Assembly (NCBI GenBank): GCA_965644315.1
Contig: CBFFRQ010000212.1
Coordinates: forward strand, 62,001 to 126,000
DNA length: 64,000 nt
DNA from: Caecitellus pseudoparvulus
Taxonomy: Eukaryota; Protista; Bigyra: Bicosoecida
Direction of reading: 5' to 3'
Position numbers and translations under genes: made by a program. This document shows, piece after piece, positions 55,086 to 64,000 of the stretch. The notes below the pieces were generated by a model that ran no database searches, was not told where the DNA came from, and saw nothing but the letters and a program-made list of their open reading frames with translations. Each line of letters begins with the position of its first letter. Positions within the stretch are counted from its first letter, which is position 1.

Positions 55086-55545
55086 ACACCGGGGGCTGCC
55101 CTGCGTTCACGCTCGCAAAGCCAGGGAGGGCGACCAGCTTTTGAATCCAGTGCTGGGTTGACGCCCCTGCCTCGAGCAAAGGTTGGGCGTTGGGATTGTG
55201 GTTGATCGTCGTGCATGCGTGCGCTGGGCACGACTGCCGCCGTGGCGCTCGCAACTCCCTCCCACACAGCACATTTCCGCAGCAGTGCCTTTGTGCGCTG
55301 ACAGATGATCGACCCTGTGCGCACTTGCTCGCGTGTCTGCGCCAACGCGTGTGTGGGCTGACGCTGGAGTTCCCTACTTGCGGTGTTTGCGTCGCTCGGG
55401 CTGCCTGCCAACCCAGTCAGCCGCAGCCTGCACGCCCGCCCGGCACACTGAGGCCCCTGCTGTGGGCCAGTTCTTGGGCAAGTACACCCGGTCGTGAGCA
55501 CTGTTGTGACCGGCATGCAGAGCTCTTCGTCGCGCATCCTACCGG

Positions 55546-58500
55546 GTGCTCAGAGCAAAGCCAGCCTGGCTTCCTCTCGAAGGGGCGGCGGTGCTGGCGG
55601 CACCTCCAAGCAAGCACTGGTGCGTGGCGGGCCCAGGAAGCGTGTTTTTGTGCGATGCTCTTTGTATTTCATGTGTCCCCTGGCACTGCAAGGGACGGCG
55701 GGCCCCCTGGCAGGGGCTGCAAACGGCGAGCGGCGTTGCGATCTCAGCTCGATGCCCGCCCGGCACGCCAGCACGCCCCGGCCCTGCGCAGAAAGACAAG
55801 CCCGTCATTCGTGATGAGCATGGGAATGACGTGACACCTGCCTCCCTCCTGTCTGAGGACCCGAAGGATGAAGGCGTGAGTAAGTTCTTCTCGTTCAACC
55901 CCGGCACTGGCGAGAGCAAGCAAGGGGGCGAGGAGGACGATGCGTTCTCCGTCGGCGCCGCCTCCATTCGTAGTGGAGAGGCGTCAGAGGGGGAGGAGGA
56001 AATGCCCGCCACGGCTGCAGGGGCTGGTGGCTGGGGTGGCGACACGGCAGCCCCCGCCGCCTCGCTGGAGTCCCAGCCAGGCCCCGCCAGTGCAAGCAGT
56101 GCCCACCCCCGCCTGACTGAGGCCGAGCTGGCTGCCACGGTGACACTGACGCTGGAGGAGACGGACACGCTGACGGACCTGTTCATCCCCTCCTCTGTCG
56201 TCATGGTGGCGACGGAGGCGGCGGCGGCGGCAGAGGAGGCCAACGCCCGGTACACTGCGTACCGCACCGTCATGGCCCGGGGAGGGGAGGGCTACACCAC
56301 CACCGCTGCCCAGACGCTGGCGGGGCCCTCCTCCCGCTCCATGGCCAACAAGCGCGTGCAGACGGCGCCGCCCACCATGGTGTCTTCGGGCGTGCAGGCC
56401 ACGGCGTGGGGCATCGCGGACGCCGTCGCGGCAGCCGGGGAGGGGGACGCGGAGGAGGAGGAGGAGGCGTTGGGGGGGGACCCCGCCGCCACGACGGGGG
56501 GGGGTGGCGAGGAGACCTCTGCCGCTGCTGCTTCTGTGGCGGCGCAGGTGCGCCACGTGCTGACGGCGGGGGAGGCCGCCCCAGGTTTCCTGCTGGACGA
56601 GGTGGGGTCCGTGGTCATCCGACCCGTGGGGGTGCCTGAGGGAGGTGCGGCAGATGCCGGGCCGGGTGGCCGTCGTCGTCGTCGTCCTCGAGACGCTGCC
56701 AGTCTGGGCGTGTCTGTGGGGGAGGCGCGGGCGGTGGCGCCACCCCCCGCCCCCAGCGCCTCTGCCGCCTCCCTGCCGGACCTGGCTGGCAGCACACTGC
56801 TGGGGTCTGGCGCCGTGCACTCCAGCACCGGAGGCGGCCTCCTGGCCTCCTCCCAGCACAGCACCCTGCAGGACGGCGGGGAGGCCCACGGGGACGGCGC
56901 CGCGGTGGAGGCCACGCCAGGCAGCACGTGGGCGACAGTGGCCACCGCCAAGGAGGCCGCCGCCGTGCTGGGCTCCCGGCGCCTGCTGTCCTCCCTGCGC
57001 ATCGTGGAGCAGGCTGTGCAGCAAAACCTGTACCACCACGCACACAGGCTGTACCGGGCCCGGGCAGGGGCCGAGGCGCTGGAGGGGCTGCTGCTGTCCC
57101 TGGGCCTGTCAGTGGACCGGGGGTCCCCCGAGGAGGACATGGGCGGCCTGGCGGGCATCACATCTGTGGGCAGTGGCACTGCCCACCACGCCTCGCTCTC
57201 TGCAGAGGGTGGCGGGGTGCTGGATGCCGGCGGGGGGCTGCTGGATGCCGGCGGGCTGGAAGAGGGCGATGAGGAGGACGACGAGGAGGAGGGTGGCGGT
57301 CTGAGCAGTGCCCCCCTGAGCTCGGCGGCGCACTCCAGTGCCATGAGCGAGGCGTCTGACGGCGAGGAGGGGCCCGGCGACGGACACAGCGGCGTGCCTG
57401 GCGGCGGCGGCGGCGGGGGGGATGACGCCTCTTCCTCCGGGGAGGTGGATGAGGCCACCACCCTCGTGAACATGCTGGGCGCGGGGCTGGCCACGGACGG
57501 CGTGCCGGGCCTCCTGCGCCTCTTCACGTACACCTGCCCTGCCCTGGTGGGGCGCAACGTCACGAGCCTCGTGTGGAACACCGTGAACACCGACCTCCTG
57601 GCGGCGGGGTACGGCCCGGGGCAGTACACGCCCGACGCCGCGGCACCCGGTGCCCTGGCCCTGTGGAGCATGACCAACCCCTCCTACCCCCAGGCAGTGG
57701 TGACCCTCCCCGTGGGCGTCATGGCCCTGGACTTCTCGTCGCAGCACGGCAACCTGCTGGCGGCGGGGTACTACGACGGGCGAGTGGCGGTGTTCGACGT
57801 GGCGGCGCTGCTGGCAGGCACCGCCTCCGGCCCCAACATCGTGTCAGACCCGCTGGGGCGAGAGGCACACAGTGAGCCCGTGTGGCAGGTGAAGTGGGTG
57901 ACGTGGGACGAGGCGGGGCAGGAGCGCATCGTCAGCGTGTCCACCGACGGCCGTGTGAACGAGTGGAGCTTGAAGAAGGGCCTGCAAGGTAAGCGGCTGA
58001 TGGAGGTGCGGCGGCGGCGGGAGGTGGGCCCAGCGCCCGCAGCGGGCGGCGGCACTGGCGCCCCCACCCCCGCCACCTCTTCCGCCAACATTTCGGGTCT
58101 GTCCGCGACGGAGGCAGCCGCCATCGTCAAGGGCGACGTGCCGGCGGACCCCATCGAGGCCGCCCTGGCCAAGAAGAGCTCCAAGGAGCGGCAGCGAGCC
58201 CTGGCCGCCCTGGCCAACAAGGGCCCCAAGGGGGGCCAGGCCGGCGCCGACTCCGTCATCACCTCCACTGCCGCCGCCCTCTGCGTGGACTTTCCCTGGA
58301 GCGACCCCACGCGGTACCTGGTGGGGGTGGAGGACGGCACGATGCACCAGTGCAGCGTCAGCTACACTGACAGCCCCCTGGAGTCGTACGCAGCGCACGC
58401 GGGCCCCCTGAACCGCCTGCGCATCTCGCCATACTACCCCACCGCAGTCCTCACCGCGTCAGCTGACTGGACCGTCAAGCTGTGGGACCTCCGAGACACG

Positions 58501-59220
58501 TCCGGGGTGGATGAGTCTGCCACGGCAGCGGGGGGGGCCTCTGCCGCGGGTGGCGCCTCCTCTGCCGCCGGAGGGGGGGGCTCCTCTGCCGCCGGGCGGG
58601 GGGGCACCGGCGGCCAGGGTGGCGGCGGGGCTGGCGCCACGGGGACCCCCTACGTCACTGACACCTGTCGCTCCGCCGTGTCTGACGTGGCGTGGAGCCC
58701 CACGGTGGCCACGCGGTTTGTGTGTGTGGATGAGGACGGCTGGATCCGCCTGTGGCAGGTGGGCTCCTCTGGCCAGCCCATGCTGGAGCACCGGGCCACG
58801 GCGCCCCCCCCCGGACAGGAGGAGGCGGGGGGCTTCATGGCCACCCTGCGGCGCAAGCTGGGCAAGTCAGCAGCAGGGGGCGGTGGAGGCGACGACGCCG
58901 ATGGCGCAGGTGGCGGCGACGACGCCTTGGGCCTGGCTCTGGGCATGACGGCGGAGGAGGAGGAGGAGGGCGGTGCAGGGGGGGGTGAGGGCAGGGGCAA
59001 GGCCGTGGCCATCACGCTGGCCCCGCAGAAGCTGTCCTGCGTCGTGTTCGCGCCGAACGCGCCGGTGCTGGTGACGGGGGACAGCATGGGGCGTGTGGAT
59101 GTGTACCGCCTGATGGGGCGGGCCGCCACCAGCACCCTCATGGGCCTGACAGCCATGGAGCAGACCGAGGCGCTGTACTTCGCCATGCACCCAGACGAGA
59201 AGGACCTGGGCGAGCTGTGA
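55546..59220 (+). CDS. WDR78: Axonemal dynein intermediate chain, WD40 (WDR78/DNAI4/IC138-like); true start probably downstream
   Basis: DE.GNDVTP, QNLYH, DLLAAGYG, WS..NPSYP, HSEPVWQVKW, STDGRV.EW..KKGL, SADWTVKLW. Confidence 0.8.
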   Translation: MLRAKPAWLPLEGAAVLAAPPSKHWCVAGPGSVFLCDALCISCVPWHCKGRRAPWQGLQTASGVAISARCPPGTPARPGPAQKDKPVIRDEHGNDVTPASLLSEDPKDEGVSKFFSFNPGTGESKQGGEEDDAFSVGAASIRSGEASEGEEEMPATAAGAGGWGGDTAAPAASLESQPGPASASSAHPRLTEAELAATVTLTLEETDTLTDLFIPSSVVMVATEAAAAAEEANARYTAYRTVMARGGEGYTTTAAQTLAGPSSRSMANKRVQTAPPTMVSSGVQATAWGIADAVAAAGEGDAEEEEEALGGDPAATTGGGGEETSAAAASVAAQVRHVLTAGEAAPGFLLDEVGSVVIRPVGVPEGGAADAGPGGRRRRRPRDAASLGVSVGEARAVAPPPAPSASAASLPDLAGSTLLGSGAVHSSTGGGLLASSQHSTLQDGGEAHGDGAAVEATPGSTWATVATAKEAAAVLGSRRLLSSLRIVEQAVQQNLYHHAHRLYRARAGAEALEGLLLSLGLSVDRGSPEEDMGGLAGITSVGSGTAHHASLSAEGGGVLDAGGGLLDAGGLEEGDEEDDEEEGGGLSSAPLSSAAHSSAMSEASDGEEGPGDGHSGVPGGGGGGGDDASSSGEVDEATTLVNMLGAGLATDGVPGLLRLFTYTCPALVGRNVTSLVWNTVNTDLLAAGYGPGQYTPDAAAPGALALWSMTNPSYPQAVVTLPVGVMALDFSSQHGNLLAAGYYDGRVAVFDVAALLAGTASGPNIVSDPLGREAHSEPVWQVKWVTWDEAGQERIVSVSTDGRVNEWSLKKGLQGKRLMEVRRRREVGPAPAAGGGTGAPTPATSSANISGLSATEAAAIVKGDVPADPIEAALAKKSSKERQRALAALANKGPKGGQAGADSVITSTAAALCVDFPWSDPTRYLVGVEDGTMHQCSVSYTDSPLESYAAHAGPLNRLRISPYYPTAVLTASADWTVKLWDLRDTSGVDESATAAGGASAAGGASSAAGGGGSSAAGRGGTGGQGGGGAGATGTPYVTDTCRSAVSDVAWSPTVATRFVCVDEDGWIRLWQVGSSGQPMLEHRATAPPPGQEEAGGFMATLRRKLGKSAAGGGGGDDADGAGGGDDALGLALGMTAEEEEEGGAGGGEGRGKAVAITLAPQKLSCVVFAPNAPVLVTGDSMGRVDVYRLMGRAATSTLMGLTAMEQTEALYFAMHPDEKDLGEL

Positions 59221-59252
59221 TGAGGCAAGGGGCAGGAGCAGAAGCATTGAAT

Positions 59253-59600
59253 TCAATCGGCCTCCTTGCCCGTGCTCTCGGCTGGTGGCGCCTCCGCAGC
59301 CAGCTTGGCCTTGACTTCCTGTGCCGTGGCGGCCTTGGCCAGCTCCTCGGCAGCCTTGGCTGTCTTGGCGGCCAGCGCCTCGTCGTGGCGGGCCTCTGCG
59401 CTGCTCATGCGCGCCTCCAACTTGGCCTTGATGGCGTCAGGGGTCTTTGCTGAGTGGTGTTCCTGGGCACGTGCCGCCAGGCGGGCCTGCGATGGCGAGC
59501 GCCAGGCACACCTTCCTCGTGCAGTGCCGTTGCGCATCACCACGCCGTCCACTCACCTGCACGCCTTTCAGCTCTTCCGTCTTGCCTTCCGCAGCCATAG
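59253..59600 (-). CDS. Small helical Ala/Lys/Glu-rich protein (spliced; boundaries approximate)
   Basis: Exon HSAKTPDAIKAKLEARMSSAEARHDEAL...; upstream exon probably MAAEGKTEELK. Confidence 0.4.
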
Positions 59601-59997
59601 TGGCGGACCTGTGAAAGGCGGCATGGTGTCATGCGGTGCTAAAGCTGCTCAGACTGCCCGTCTCGCCTGCTGCTTCTTTGTGGCAAGCGAGCCACGCACA
59701 GGGTTGGTGCACTTTGAAAGGGGCAGGTGTGCTGTAAGGGGGCAAGCGTGAACTGGCCGATGTTCACAAAGGCTGGGATGTGGTGTTGAAGTTGAGTTTG
59801 ACTCCACCCCTGGGTGTGCGCCTGCGTGCCTGGAGAAGACTGGCGTGTTTGAGGAGCTGGTGCTGATCCCGGCGCAGTCCTGGCCAGCCGACACTGGCCC
59901 CACCATGGCACAAAGCACTGCACGCAGAGACAGGCAGCTCACACAGTGCCCATGGTCCCTCTTCAGACCTCAGCAGCCCTTGTCCCGTGCTGCAGCC

Positions 59998-61202
59998 ATG
60001 CATCGCCTGCGCACGGCGGCAGCTTGGCGGCGAGGCATGGCCTCCGCAGCCCGCCTGCCCCTGAACCTGAGCGAGGTCGGGCTGAAAGTGCTGCAGGCGC
60101 CAGCAGTCGAGGACAAGATGCGCTGGACGCTGGAGGCGTGGGACGAGCTGGATCAGCAGGGCACCCTGGGCCCCTGGCCGCCCACGGAGCATTTGGATGC
60201 AGAGCAGGCCGCCTCCCTGCGCAGCATCCCAGACACGGACCTGCCGGGGCTCCCCACCAATGCCGTGCGGTCCTTGCTCCCAGCATCCGGGTCCTGGGCA
60301 CCAACCATTTGCAGGGCGTCCCTGCCGGGACACGCTGCAGTGCCCGATCACCCAGCACGGCCCAGCAAACCCGAGCTCGTGTCTGGTGCGGAAATTGCCG
60401 CCTGCGCGAGACGCCGCCGACCTCGCTGCACCCCCACCCGTGCCTCCTGCAGGCAAGAAGTTCCGCAGGCCAAAGGTGGCTGCGAATGTGTACCTCCTGC
60501 ACGCCCTGGCACACGTGGAGTTGAACGCGTGTGGTGCGTGGGGGGCGCCAGTATCGCGGTAGTGGATCGCCCCTCGCACAAGCGTTGCTGTCATGCGCCG
60601 CCTGCACAGATCTGTACTGGGACACCATCGTGCGCTTCTACGATGACGACGTGCCCACGCAGCTCTTCGTGGACCTGCTGGACATCGCCCGGGACGAGGC
60701 CAAACACTTTTCCTGGCTGCAGCAACGCCTGGTCGCACTGGGCAGCGGCTACGGCGCCCTGCCTGCGCACAAGGCCCTGTGGGAGCAGGGCCACAGCTCC
60801 CGAGGCAGCCTCCTGGCGCGCCTCGCCGTCGTGCCTCTCGTGCAGGAGGCCAAGGCGCTGGATGCCGCCGACCGACTGAGGGGGCGCATGGTGGGTGCGG
60901 GGGATGGGCCCAGTGCGGAGCTCGTGGCGCAGATTTGCGCCGAAGAGGTGGGGCACGTGTACAAGGGCATGCAGTGGTTCATTCACCTGTGTCTGGAGCA
61001 GGGAGTCCACCCGCCCACCGCCTTCCACGCCCAGGTGGCGCGGCACTGCCCGTCGCCACTACCCGGCCCCTTCAATGAAACCGCCCGCGCCATGGCAGGC
61101 ATGTGGCCAGAGTGGTTCCGCCCCGTGTCTCGCGGCGGCGTGTCGCGCCGGGCCTGGCTCACCATGAAACATCATCAAGCGGGAGCGGGTACTCCCCATT
61201 GA
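59998..61202 (+). CDS. DUF455 ferritin-like protein, multi-exon
   Basis: LHALAHVELNA, DEAKHF, YG.LPAH..LWE, ARLAVVPLVQEA, EEVGHV..G..WF. Confidence 0.85.
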
Positions 61203-63398
61203 AGCAGGCGGTGCAGTGGCCTCGGGCAGTCGTGCGCAGGTATGGCGGCGGCTTGGCCAGGGCGCCCAGCGTATTCCGCGGGGGGGAAGCCCCCGCGGCG
61301 TCCCCTGCCTCGCCTTCCATGGCCGGACGGGGTGGACTGGAGGTGTACTCCCCCCCCACGGCCCACCCCCCCATGCCGCCCGCCTCGGCAGCGTCCCCAG
61401 GCGTGCAAATGCCTCGCACAGTGCCTGCCTCCCCCCACAGCTCCGACGGGAAGCCGCTCTGCTCGAGAGGCACGTCAGTCAGGGTGCTGGTGCTGGGACC
61501 ACCCTGCTTTCCCGGCGCCTCCCCTCGCCGGCGGGGCAGTGCCTCTGGGTCGGGGCTACTGGCTGGGGCGCCGTGCAGGGTGTGGGTGTATGCCGTGAGC
61601 GGCTGGGCCTCGGCGCCCAGTGTCACGGCGTGCATCATGCCGTCGTGAGACAGGAATGCCAGGGAGTCGGCGCCGAGGTACTCTGCGATGCGCGCCACGG
61701 AGCCGACGCGGTGGGCGATGAGCTCCTCTGGGGCGCCGATGTCCACACCCATGAAGCAGGGGTGGCGCAGGGGGGGCGAGGACACGCGGATGTGCACCTC
61801 CGCCGCCCCTGCCCGGCGCAGCAGGGGCACCATTTGCCGCATGGTGCTGCCACGGACAATGCTGTCGTCCACCAGCACCACCACCTTCCCGGCGATGTTC
61901 TGGGCGAGGGCGTTGAACTTCAACTTGATGGCGTTGTCCCGCATGGCTTGGTCCGGCTGGATGAAGGTGCGCCCGATGTACCGGTTCTTGCACAGGATCT
62001 CCGTGTACGGCTTGCCCGCCGCCCGCGCGAACCCGATGCCGGCGGCGAGGGAGCTGTCCGGCACGCCCGACACGATGTCGGCGTGGGGCACGGGGGACTC
62101 CAGGGCCAGCTGGGCGCCCAGGCGCTGCCGGACAGTGTGCACGAGCTGCCCCTCCAGCACTGTGTCGGGGCGGGAGAAGTAGACGTACTCGAACACACAC
62201 AGGGCAGGCGGAACAGCCACCTGCTTGGCCGGCAGTGCCCACCACGACGTCACGCCCGACGCGTCCACACGCACGATCTCCCCGGGCATGACCTCTCGCA
62301 CGAGGGTGTACCCGACCGTGCCCAGAGCACAGGACTCTGAGGAGAGGCAGTACGACACCTGCCCCTCCTCCACACACGCCCCGATGCACAGCGGCCGCAT
62401 GCCGAACCGATCCCGCACCCCGTACAGCGCCTGCCCTGTGAGCAGGGTGAAGGCGAAGGCCCCCTCACACTCCCCCACCAGGGCGGCCAGGCGGAATTCG
62501 AAGCTGTCCCCGGGACTGTCAGGGTGAGGCAGCACGCCGCCGCCGCGGCCTGGCGCGGGAACTTCCACTTGCACTTCGTCCTGCCCACGCGGCGTGGCCA
62601 CCCGCACAGCTGCCGGGTCCTGCTTCGCCTCTGCCGCCGCTGCGTCGCTCCCTGCAGCTGCTGGCTGTTCGGGGCTGGCCAGACTCGTGGTGGGCTGCCC
62701 CCGGGCAGTGGGCGCCAGGCCACTCCAGCCGCCTGCCTCGGGGAAGTAATGTGCGAGGAAAGGGTGGTCGGGGGTCGCCTCCTGTGGCGCCCGCGCCATG
62801 CACTGCGCGATGACTTCGCTGTCCGTGTGTGTGAAGAGGCCCACGCCGCGCCGCAGCACGGCGGTGCGCAGGGCCTTCTGCCGTGTCAGCTGGCCGTTGT
62901 GGGCCACTGCCACCTGGCCCAAGTCCGTCTCCAGGACGAATGGCTGCGCGTTGGCGGAGATGCTGCCGCCTGCCGTGGAGTACCGCGTGTGCCCGATGGC
63001 GGCGGTGCCGGGCAGGCTGCGGATGGCTTCTTCAGTGAACACTTGAGACACCTGCCACGAGGAGGGGGGGCGTGTGGAGGTGCGCACGTGGGTGGGATCA
63101 CAGGGCGGACCTGCACGCACCAGACCCATGTCTTTGTGCACGTGCATGCGGCCGTTGTGGCACGTGGCAATGCCTGCAGATTCCTGCCCCCGGTGCTGCA
63201 GCGCATACAGCCCGAAGAAAGCCAGCCGGGCAGCCGACCGCTTCACGCAGCGGATCCTGTGGCGAGGGCAGGGCATTGAACAGAGAGTAAACTTCAGCAG
63301 GCCACATTGCCCTCGCACTGGCGAGCCACAACGCACCCAAACACTCCACATTCGTGCTGCGGCTTGTCGCCGTCGTGGCTGGAATCTTGAGCTGCCAT
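61159..63398 (-). CDS. purF: Amidophosphoribosyltransferase, multi-exon
   Basis: Start MAAQDSSHDGDKPQHE-CGVFG (Ntn Cys); LQHRGQESAG, GHTRYST, HNGQL, CVFEYVYFSRPD, VDDSIVRG, CTACFNGEYP. Confidence 0.95.
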
Positions 63399-63668
63399 GG
63401 CGTAACAGCAGTGGGAAGCAGGTCAACAGTCCAGTGGAGCTGCCCTGTCGTTTTCAGGCATGTGCTTAGAATTCTTGGATGATTTACACGCCCGACAGAT
63501 CTGTACCACCACCCTTACGGCTGGACAAGGGGTGCTCGGGGGGGCGAGTCGATTTCCGCACCCAGCACCAGTTCCCACTGGCGCACACATTCCCCACACC
63601 TGCACTTTGGCGCCCCCACAGCCAGCACGCACCTGTACTGCACCCTGAGCACTAGCACAACGTGCACG

Positions 63669-64000
63669 ATGGCAGTGTCCGTGCAGCCGACAGCCGGCAC
63701 TGCGCAGGATGTGTGGCGGCGCATCGGCATTCTGGGCGGGGGGCAGTTGGGCCTCATGATTGCAGAGGCTGCGCGGCGGCTGAACGTGCACACAACGGTG
63801 CTGGACCCCAACCCTGCATGCCCAGCGTCCTTGGGTGAGTGGCGCCCCACCCCGCCACGGCCTGCCACGCCCACCCGGCCAACACCTGCCGCCCGCGCCA
63901 GCTGCCGACGCGACTTTGGAGGGCAGTTTCCGGGATGCTGCCCGCATCCGAGACCTAGCCAAGGCGTGTGACGCGCTGACGGTGGAGATCGAGCACATTG
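63669..64000 (+). CDS. ADE2: AIR carboxylase ATP-grasp domain (PurK/ADE2), 3'-partial
   Basis: IGILGGGQLG.M..EAA.RL, and CDALTVEIEHI at the window end. Confidence 0.88.

Noticed and set aside
51308-64000. Many long alternative-frame and antisense ORFs
   Set aside because: These are shadows of GC-rich coding sequence with no independent motifs.

Overview
Eukaryotic (flagellate protist-type) genomic window with two unrelated AT-rich endogenous DNA viruses about 1.4 kb apart in GC-rich DNA. (1) 1..~17,990 is the right-hand part of a Polinton-like virus (PLV). It encodes an rve integrase with chromodomain, a D5-like primase-helicase, a packaging ATPase, a 419-aa major capsid protein (MCP), a penton, a fiber and a lipase. 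It ends near a perfect 36-bp hairpin. (2) 19,415..42,580 is a complete 23,166-bp provirophage with 584-bp TIRs and a 5-bp CTGTT target-site duplication (TSD). It encodes an SF3 helicase, pPolB, ATPase, Cys protease, penton, 610-aa MCP, fiber, DNA MTase, PD-(D/E)xK nuclease and rve integrase. Fifteen of its genes have a TCTA motif 9-17 nt upstream. The virophage is flanked by intermediate-GC DNA with degenerate transposon-like remnants (tyrosine-recombinase-like and Plavaka/CMC-like fragments). From ~49.5 kb there are compact intron-containing host genes: DHFR-TS (in-frame TAG at a conserved Trp), TBC1D23-like, WDR78/IC138, DUF455 ferritin-like, and divergently paired purF and purK/ADE2. All family assignments come from motif recognition by eye, not database searches.
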